Assembly: GCA_007133365.1 (NCBI GenBank)
Contig: SLMV01000001.1
Location: 1-34,769 of the forward strand
Reading direction: 5' to 3'
Length of the DNA stretch: 34,769 nucleotides
Source of the DNA: Clostridia bacterium
GTDB lineage: Bacteria > Bacillota > Sulfobacillia > SLMV01
Both the position numbers and the translations under genes were made by a program. Below are positions 28,196 through 34,769 of the stretch, one piece after another; position 1 is the first letter of the stretch; every line of letters starts with the position of its first letter. The notes beneath the pieces were generated by a model. That model saw only the letters and a program-made list of their open reading frames with translations. It made no database searches and had not been told where the DNA came from.

Positions 28196-29010
28196 TGACG
28201 CTCCCAACTCCTATCCGGTATCTGATTCTATCTGATTCGGCTAGTCTTGGCGTACTATTGGCGACCCGATTGATTATTTCCTGCCATTATAGAGAAAAAT
28301 GTCATATACTGTCGAGAATCAGGGGGTGGAGACCGAGAAGCGCTATTGGTCAGGGTCCTTCGGCAGAGAGAAGTGGTATCCCTTTCTCCGAGAACCATGT
28401 GGTTCCGAGTCGTTCGACATTGCGGGTGGTGACGTGAATCGGATCTTATGTTTGCTATCCCCTTACGATACTACTGATTATCGTCAAGCCAAAGGAGACA
28501 CAAAACCTTGAAAGGGACAAGGTTGAATCAAGGGCCCCTGAGGAGATGGTGAGACGAAACGGTTTTTTCGTTGCGTAAAGGACGATTTATTAAGGGTTGC
28601 GCACAGTCGTGGTTGTCCTGCCGAGAGAACCTTTCGAAAATCCGAACCATATCGAGCATCATAGAGCGCATTTGGGTCAAGAAGCCCCCAAAGGCTAATC
28701 CAGGAGAAAGCGATGAACTCGAACTTTTCTACCTGCGTGCTTCCGTTAGGAAGCGGGTGACGAAGATGGGAGATACTAAGATGGACGATTATGTTTTTGG
28801 TCTATTTTGGTTTAATATATAATGACATGAATATAGTAATCGGAAAACACAAACGGAACCACGGCGATTGGTTAAGATCATGTGTTTAAAATTGAATTCG
28901 AACGAGCAGGGGGTTTTGATAGGGGCGATTCGAACCGAACCGCAATCTATGCGATCCTCGGCGCATTGGGCTGCAATTTAACGGGCGACGGCAGATATTG
29001 TTGATGAAGC

Positions 29011-30795
29011 ATGAGCTCCGCGAGTAAGGAGGTGGAGGCGATCATCGAACTCGGTTTTAGTGTGTTGGCAAGAAATTTGGTTTTTCTGCTAGCGTTAGTG
29101 GCTGTTCACAATATGGTGCCGCCACTTGCGGAGAAATCTCGCACCCGGAATCGAGTGGCCCAGGGATTGGTGGTTGGATTCATCGGCATTGTGTTGATGA
29201 TGGTAGGCTTTGAAGCCGTACCCGGCACTTTGTTTGATGGACGGGCGGTTCTCCTTGGGATTTCCGGATTGTTCTTGGGGATGGTTCCCACCGGTATTGC
29301 CGTTGTGATAACCGCCACCTTTCGTCTTTTCACCGGAGGTGTGGGTGCGATTCCCGGGGTTCTCATGATCGTAGGGGCAGCCGGATTGGGGCTGGCGTGG
29401 CGACGTTGGCGCCTTCCAAATGAAGTGAACGTGCGATGGCAAGAACTCTTGGTGTTTGGTTTGGCGAGCCAAGTGATTACACTGGGGGTTATCGCACTGT
29501 TGCCTGCTCCAGCCGCTGGGGAGCTTTTCCGGGCGGTGGGCTTGCCGTCGATCTTGCTTTTTCCGGGCGTGACCGTGTTGGTCGGTTTACTCATGATCCG
29601 AAACGAAAGGGAACGCCATCATCTGGAGTCCCTTCGCCAAAGTGAGCAGCGCTTTCGCCGCCTATTAGACGAAGCGCCGGATGCCATCATCGTTCAGACC
29701 GAGGGGAAGTTCACACTGGTCAATAAGGCGGCACTTGAGTTTTATGGCGCAGATTCGATCGACGATCTAATCGGACGACCCATTCTGAATCGCTTGGATC
29801 CAGAGTATCAAGAGGCGGGCGAGCAAAGGATAGAAAAATTGTTGAACGAAAAATGCTCGACTTCACCTATGGAACAGGTTCACCGCCGCCTCGATGGCAC
29901 GCCGGTGTCCGCGGAAGTGTCGGCGGCGCCAATTACTTTTGAGGGTAAAGATGGCGCTCTGGTCTTTCTCCGCGATATAAGCGAGCGGAAAAGACTCGAA
30001 ACCGCACAAAGGGAAATGGAGGCCTCGCTTCGCGAGCAGCAGAAGATGCAAGCGATTGGGACTTTGGCAGGCGGCGTAGCTCACGAAATCAACAATCCGA
30101 TCAACGGCATCATGAACTATGCGCAGTTGATTGTGGATTCTGTGGATGCCGAGCAGCCGGAAGCGACGTTTGCCCGTGAGATCATTGAGGAATGCGAACG
30201 CGTTGCCAACATCACCGAACAGCTTCTGCGGTTTGCTCGTCACGACCATCAGTCGCATAGTCCGGCACGGGTGGGCGATATCATCGAGCGGACGCTGTCG
30301 TTGGTCCGTACCCTCATCCGACGTGAGCAGATTCGATTGGACGTTTCGGTGGAAGATGATTTGCCCTCGATAAGATGCCGAGCTCAGCAGATTCAGCAGG
30401 TCATCATGAATTTGGTCATGAATGCACGCGATGCTTTAAATTCCAAATATCCGGGTTATCATGAGAATAAAGTAATTCGACTCCATGTCGAGCAAGTTGA
30501 GAGAAATGCCGATTCGTGGATCAAAATCCAGGTGGAAGATCGGGGGGTCGGCATTGATGATAGGATCCGGGATCGCATTTTTGAGCCCTTCTTTACGACC
30601 AAGTCCCGGGAGCTAGGAGCCGGTTTAGGACTCACCATCAGCTATTCGATTGTCAACGAACATGGAGGACGTCTCTGGTATCGCTCCGAAGCAGGTGAAT
30701 ATACGATTTTTACAATAGAACTACCGATCAATCCGACTGAGCAGCGAACACGTGTGGTTCAAATGCAACCGGTCGAGGGGAATGACCTACAGTGA
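29011..30795 (+). CDS. Sensor histidine kinase with LytS/YhcK-type 5TM receptor and PAS domain
   Basis: N-terminal TM region with PG.LFDGR and FRL..GG.G, then PAS, GTLAGGVAHEINNP, NLVMNARDA, DRGVGI, FEPFFTTK and GAGLGL. Confidence 0.92.
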   Translation: MSSASKEVEAIIELGFSVLARNLVFLLALVAVHNMVPPLAEKSRTRNRVAQGLVVGFIGIVLMMVGFEAVPGTLFDGRAVLLGISGLFLGMVPTGIAVVITATFRLFTGGVGAIPGVLMIVGAAGLGLAWRRWRLPNEVNVRWQELLVFGLASQVITLGVIALLPAPAAGELFRAVGLPSILLFPGVTVLVGLLMIRNERERHHLESLRQSEQRFRRLLDEAPDAIIVQTEGKFTLVNKAALEFYGADSIDDLIGRPILNRLDPEYQEAGEQRIEKLLNEKCSTSPMEQVHRRLDGTPVSAEVSAAPITFEGKDGALVFLRDISERKRLETAQREMEASLREQQKMQAIGTLAGGVAHEINNPINGIMNYAQLIVDSVDAEQPEATFAREIIEECERVANITEQLLRFARHDHQSHSPARVGDIIERTLSLVRTLIRREQIRLDVSVEDDLPSIRCRAQQIQQVIMNLVMNARDALNSKYPGYHENKVIRLHVEQVERNADSWIKIQVEDRGVGIDDRIRDRIFEPFFTTKSRELGAGLGLTISYSIVNEHGGRLWYRSEAGEYTIFTIELPINPTEQRTRVVQMQPVEGNDLQ

Positions 30796-31895
30796 GCAAA
30801 GTTTTGATTGTTGATGATGAAAAGAGCATTCGGGTAACGCTAAAGGCTTTTCTGGAAAACGCCGACTATACCGCCGAGGTGGCGGAGAATGCGCAAGAAG
30901 CCAAGGTTAAATTGAAGCAGGAAGAGTTCGACGTCGTCATTACCGACGTGATTATGCCGCGCATTTCCGGGATGGAGTTGGTGGAGGACGTTCGGGCATC
31001 ATCGCCGGATACCCAGGTTATCATTATGACCGGGGAGCCGACCGTCGAAACGGCTATGGAAGCCGTCCGGGCCGGAGCGTATGATTATATTCCCAAACCC
31101 ATTAATAAGGACATTCTTTTGAAGACGGTGGGACAAGCCGCCCACATCAAAGGGCTTTCCGACGCTAAACGACGGCTCGAACGAATCAACCAGAACTACC
31201 AAAGCACTTTGGAGGCCATGGTGGAGCGTCGAACGAAGGCCTTGTACCGGGCGGTACGCAATATGGTGTCGCTGTTATCGAAGGTGGTGGAAATGCGGGA
31301 TCTTTATACATCGGGGCATCAACGTCGGGTTGGAAATCTTGCAGCTGCGATGGCGAGGGAGCTCGGGGCTTCCCAGGAGGTCATTGATGACATTCGGGTG
31401 GCCGGCTACCTCCACGACCTTGGGAAAATTGTCGTGCCCTCCGAAATCCTGTCAAAACCGGCAATATTGACGCCTGAGGAGATGCAGCTGGTCCAATCGC
31501 ACGCCATTTATGGGATGCGTCTGATAAAAGAGGTGGAATTGCCCGACATCATTTCCGATATGATTTATGAGCATCATGAACGGCTAGATGGTTCGGGATA
31601 TCCCCGCGGTCTCGCCGGGACGGAGATTCATGCGGAAGCCCATTTCTTGATCGTTGCCAATGTGGTCGAGGCGATGAGCTCACATCGACCCTATCGGCCG
31701 GCCCATGGCATTCAGGCGGCCTTGGCAGAAATCCGATCGAATCGGGGGCGGTTATACCAACCGGAAGTGGTGGATGCGTGCATCCGTCTTTTCGAAGAAC
31801 AGAAGTACCAGTTGGATGACACGATGATCCAAGTCAATTTAACCTTTGGGCTGGGGGCGGCAGCTTCTGTGGATAATGGAGTCCGGGCCAAATAG
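30792..31895 (+). CDS. Response regulator with HD-GYP output domain (RpfG-like)
   Basis: VLIVDDE, ITDVIMP and GAYDYIPKP receiver motifs, then RDLYTSGH, LHDLGK, HHERLDGSGYP and HRPYR. Overlaps the kinase stop (GTGA). Confidence 0.93.
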   Translation: MSKVLIVDDEKSIRVTLKAFLENADYTAEVAENAQEAKVKLKQEEFDVVITDVIMPRISGMELVEDVRASSPDTQVIIMTGEPTVETAMEAVRAGAYDYIPKPINKDILLKTVGQAAHIKGLSDAKRRLERINQNYQSTLEAMVERRTKALYRAVRNMVSLLSKVVEMRDLYTSGHQRRVGNLAAAMARELGASQEVIDDIRVAGYLHDLGKIVVPSEILSKPAILTPEEMQLVQSHAIYGMRLIKEVELPDIISDMIYEHHERLDGSGYPRGLAGTEIHAEAHFLIVANVVEAMSSHRPYRPAHGIQAALAEIRSNRGRLYQPEVVDACIRLFEEQKYQLDDTMIQVNLTFGLGAAASVDNGVRAK

Positions 31896-31951
31896 CGAAG
31901 GATCATGCATTGACGAATGGAGCGTTTGGTTTTATGACACAAGGTGACGCG

Positions 31952-34027
31952 ATGAAAGGCAGGATAGATCCCGAGCAGGTCTTGGGGCATTTGCCCGATG
32001 GTTTGGTGGTCCTCGATGAAACGGGGCGCATCCTTTATGCCAACGCCAAGGTGAGAGACTGGACGGGAGGCCGTGATTCGCTCAAAGGAAAGTCTTGTTT
32101 TCGGGTGTTTCGTCAGCGTATGGAAAGGTGTCCAAATTGTGGGGCGTTGGAAGGAAAAAATGGTAGGAGTATCGAAACGGCTTGCGTTTTGGACGAGGAT
32201 GACGTTTTCCCAAAGGGCATGGAAGTGATTGCGACCGACGGTCGAAATCGGTTAGGGCCGAAACAAACGGTGTTACTCTCCTTTCGTCAGCCCTTGTCAT
32301 CTTCCTCGATTGACGAAAAGGAAGGCCAAACGAACCTCCAACTTCAGGGGCTCAATGAGCAGCTTCGTGAGCGGGTCAAGGAATTAGACTGTCTTTATGA
32401 TATTGCTGGACCGGCGCCCCTCGATTGGTCGACTCAAGATCTCCTTCAATTTGTTGCGAACCGAGTCCCCGCCTCCTGGTATTATTCGGACCAAGCCTCC
32501 GCTCGCATCCGTCTACTGGGAATGACGGTCTATTCGCGAAACTATCGACCCGGCCATTGGCGCATGATTTCCGATATTTACCTCGATGGCGAAACGGCCG
32601 GTAGCCTCGAGATTCACTATCCAAAAGACGTGACAGAAGACGAGGACGCTCCTTTTCTCGAAGAAGAGCACCGATTGCTCGAGGCAATTACCCGTCAAAT
32701 CGAAGTTCAAATCGCGAGGAAACGTTCGGAAGAGGCCCTACAGGTGAGCCAGGAAAACCTGCGCCTCACCTTGCGCTCGATTGCGGATGGTGTGATCACC
32801 ATCAATCCTCAGGGACGCATCACGCGTTTGAACCCAAAGGCGGAGAAATTGACCGGATGGTCATGGACGGAAGCGGTCGGCCGACCGCTTGAAGACGTGT
32901 TTCAGATTGAAAATACGAAGGCGGGACTGGCCGCTCGCGAGTTGAGCCGAAGGGTCGTAGGAAACGGGGAGACTGTGGAGTTGGGGAATGACACCCAACT
33001 TCATGCACGTGACGGAGTCCGGCGCCAAATCGGGGATAGTGCAGCGCCGGTCCGAGATCGCACCGGCACCATCATTGGAGGGGTCATTGTCTTTTCGGAT
33101 GTAACGGCGAAACATCAGGCCCAAAAGCGACTCGAGGAAAGTGAAGAGAATTTTCGGTTGTTAGCGGAAAATGCGCGTGATCTCATTTATCGGATACGCT
33201 TAAAACCCGAAATGGCTTTTGAATATGTCAGCCCCGCTGCGACGATGATGACGGGCTATACGCCCGAGGAGCATTATGAGGATCCGATGTTGGGTTTTAA
33301 AATCATTTACGAACCGGATCGAGACAAGTTGGCGGCCGTGATGGAAGGCGATTATGATTTCGGGGAGCCCTTGGTCTTGCGATGGCAAAAGAAGGATGGC
33401 AGCATCATTTGGGTTGAACAGAAGAATGTTCCGATCTTCGATGAACAAGGCGAATGGATCGGCCTCGAAGGTATCGCCCGTGACATTACGAAACGGAAAC
33501 AGGACGAGGCCTGGATCCGTTATCTGAGTTTTCACGATGTGCTCACCGGACTTAATAATCGTGCTTACCTTCAGGAGGCCATGGATCGATTGACGAGCGA
33601 GCGTCAACTTCCCATGAGCATTATTATGGCCGATCTGAACGGGTTGAAATTGGTCAATGATACCTTTGGACATCAAGTGGGGGATCAAATGTTGATTGAG
33701 GCTGCCGAACTCCTTCGCGAGTGTTGCCGTAAGGAAGACATCATTGTCCGCTTCGGCGGGGATGAATTCGTCATATTGCTTCCGCAAGCGGATGAAGCGA
33801 CAGCGCGGGCGATCGCAAAACGATTGACGGGAAGCGCCCAAGCCTCTCTTAAGCGGGATACCTGGCCAGTTTCGATGGCTATTGGCTATTCGGTACGAAC
33901 GGATCTTCAGCAAGGCTTGGACGAATTAATCGGGGTTGCTGAGGATGATATGTATCAGAACAAAAAAGAGTTGACCGATAAGGCGAGCACTGCGCTGCTT
34001 GAGCGTGTAATGTCAATTATTGCTTAG
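31952..34027 (+). CDS. Multi-PAS diguanylate cyclase
   Basis: Cys-rich PAS, an ERVKEL.CLY GAF-like segment, two further PAS domains, HDVLTGLNNR, and RKED I-site plus GGDEF. Start moved to ATG 31952 (RBS AAGGTGA). Confidence 0.92.
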   Translation: MKGRIDPEQVLGHLPDGLVVLDETGRILYANAKVRDWTGGRDSLKGKSCFRVFRQRMERCPNCGALEGKNGRSIETACVLDEDDVFPKGMEVIATDGRNRLGPKQTVLLSFRQPLSSSSIDEKEGQTNLQLQGLNEQLRERVKELDCLYDIAGPAPLDWSTQDLLQFVANRVPASWYYSDQASARIRLLGMTVYSRNYRPGHWRMISDIYLDGETAGSLEIHYPKDVTEDEDAPFLEEEHRLLEAITRQIEVQIARKRSEEALQVSQENLRLTLRSIADGVITINPQGRITRLNPKAEKLTGWSWTEAVGRPLEDVFQIENTKAGLAARELSRRVVGNGETVELGNDTQLHARDGVRRQIGDSAAPVRDRTGTIIGGVIVFSDVTAKHQAQKRLEESEENFRLLAENARDLIYRIRLKPEMAFEYVSPAATMMTGYTPEEHYEDPMLGFKIIYEPDRDKLAAVMEGDYDFGEPLVLRWQKKDGSIIWVEQKNVPIFDEQGEWIGLEGIARDITKRKQDEAWIRYLSFHDVLTGLNNRAYLQEAMDRLTSERQLPMSIIMADLNGLKLVNDTFGHQVGDQMLIEAAELLRECCRKEDIIVRFGGDEFVILLPQADEATARAIAKRLTGSAQASLKRDTWPVSMAIGYSVRTDLQQGLDELIGVAEDDMYQNKKELTDKASTALLERVMSIIA

Positions 34028-34228
34028 GTTGTTTTGTAAGCAGAAGATACCAAAAGCAGAAAGTCTTCGGACTAAGGGTGGCCGACGAGTATTGATGATT
34101 GAGGGCGATCTTTCGAGGGAAGCAACGTTATGTAACGGCTTTTCGTGTTGATAGAACGGGTCGTGGCGAACCATCACGTAGCCTATCGATCGTGGCCTTT
34201 CTTTTTTGAACGCTAAAGGGTGATCAAA

Positions 34229-34750
34229 ATGAAGGCGCACCAGTTAACATTTATTGGGATCCTGGTGGCCGTGTTGGTCACGGGGGGATATGTACTCTAT
34301 TGGGTGAGCCGTTTTTTGCCCGTTCCAGGGAGTAAGTTTCTTGTAATGGCACCCTACCTGGGATTGATTATGGCGATTGCGCTCTTTCGTCTTCCATCTC
34401 CGTGGACCATGTCGAAGGTCAGCGTTGTCTTTGGTGTGGTGGTGAGCTTATTCACTCCCGTAATGGGAGTTACAATCGTCACTGCGGGTTTGCTCTCTGA
34501 CTTCTTAAGCCGTCTGATGCCAGCCAATTCAAAGTCCTTTTCCTCCCTGGCTCCAAAAGCAGCTCTTTATCCTATGTTGAGCCTGGTGCTTTCCCTTTTC
34601 GTCTCCAACGTCATGACGGGGAATGTTCTCTACGGCGCATTGGGATTGGGCCCTTTTCTATTCGCGGCTCTTCTCGCTTATGGGTTGGGGCTATTGGGGG
34701 CATATCTCGGATTACGCATCGTTGCCAGAGTGCGGGGAAACATTGCCTGA
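34229..34750 (+). CDS. Small integral membrane protein, ECF transporter S-component-like
   Basis: About 173 aa with 5-6 hydrophobic helices, an N-terminal LTFIGILVAV, AGLLSD, and C-terminal G..GAYLG..I..R. RBS AAAGGGTGA. Confidence 0.5.
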   Translation: MKAHQLTFIGILVAVLVTGGYVLYWVSRFLPVPGSKFLVMAPYLGLIMAIALFRLPSPWTMSKVSVVFGVVVSLFTPVMGVTIVTAGLLSDFLSRLMPANSKSFSSLAPKAALYPMLSLVLSLFVSNVMTGNVLYGALGLGPFLFAALLAYGLGLLGAYLGLRIVARVRGNIA

Positions 34751-34769
34751 CCGAGACTGCGCCCCCACC

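Noticed and set aside
28490-28530. AAAACCTTGAAAGGGAC upstream of c-di-GMP genes, a possible c-di-GMP-I riboswitch
   Set aside because: It lacks the GCAAA leads, a full P2 stem and the P3 hairpin.
28171-28822. Short ORFs in the spacer between the two kinases
   Set aside because: No family motifs or convincing RBS-start pairs; treated as non-coding.
28920-28945. Minus-strand GGTTCGAATC resembles a tRNA T-loop
   Set aside because: The flanks do not form a T-stem and no cloverleaf can be built.
33200-33913. Long antisense ORFs (237 aa here; also 8056-8754, 7830-8408, 22744-23292)
   Set aside because: They are shadows of well-supported genes on the opposite strand.
34751-34769. The window ends in GCGCCCCCACC, resembling a tRNA/tmRNA 3' end or the start of a repeat
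   Set aside because: Only 19 nt are visible and no T-arm precedes it, so it cannot be assessed.
1-34769. CRISPR or other regularly spaced arrays, retron/DGR-type RT systems, toxin-antitoxin or anti-phage cassettes
   Set aside because: I saw no periodic repeats in the intergenic regions by eye. The only RT-related sequence is a typical group II intron, and the macrodomain gene has no ADP-ribosyltransferase or sirtuin partner here.

Overview
A chromosomal segment of mixed metabolic, transport and signalling genes from a probable anaerobic Bacillota (Firmicutes) genome. The assignment is inferred from an M-box riboswitch, SigA/SigH-type promoters, a Fur box, an AOR-family oxidoreductase and a class IIC group II intron. 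From left to right: the 3' end of a group IIC intron with a damaged RT/maturase ORF; flavin reductase, macrodomain, Fe-S aldo/keto reductase, SDR and amidohydrolase genes; a UPF0104 membrane gene under a Fur-box promoter; arsR-arsP(DUF318)-thioredoxin; M-box plus mgtE; a PAP2 phosphatase; AOR; a PbuG/AzgA-type NCS2 permease; an ABC exporter; a GGDEF/HD-GYP protein; a decayed zone with a CAAX/CPBP protease pseudogene; two divergent M14-clan hydrolases; a hybrid kinase; a kinase/REC-HD-GYP/diguanylate cyclase cluster; and an ECF S-component-like gene. I see no CRISPR array, tRNA/rRNA, prophage or defence island, and no clearly new multi-gene system. The best leads are regulatory: a Fur-controlled flippase-like gene, two structured leaders that match no riboswitch I recognise, HD-GYP domains with substituted conserved residues, and the intron ending in a 5' UTR. 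All family calls come from motif recognition by eye; no searches were run.
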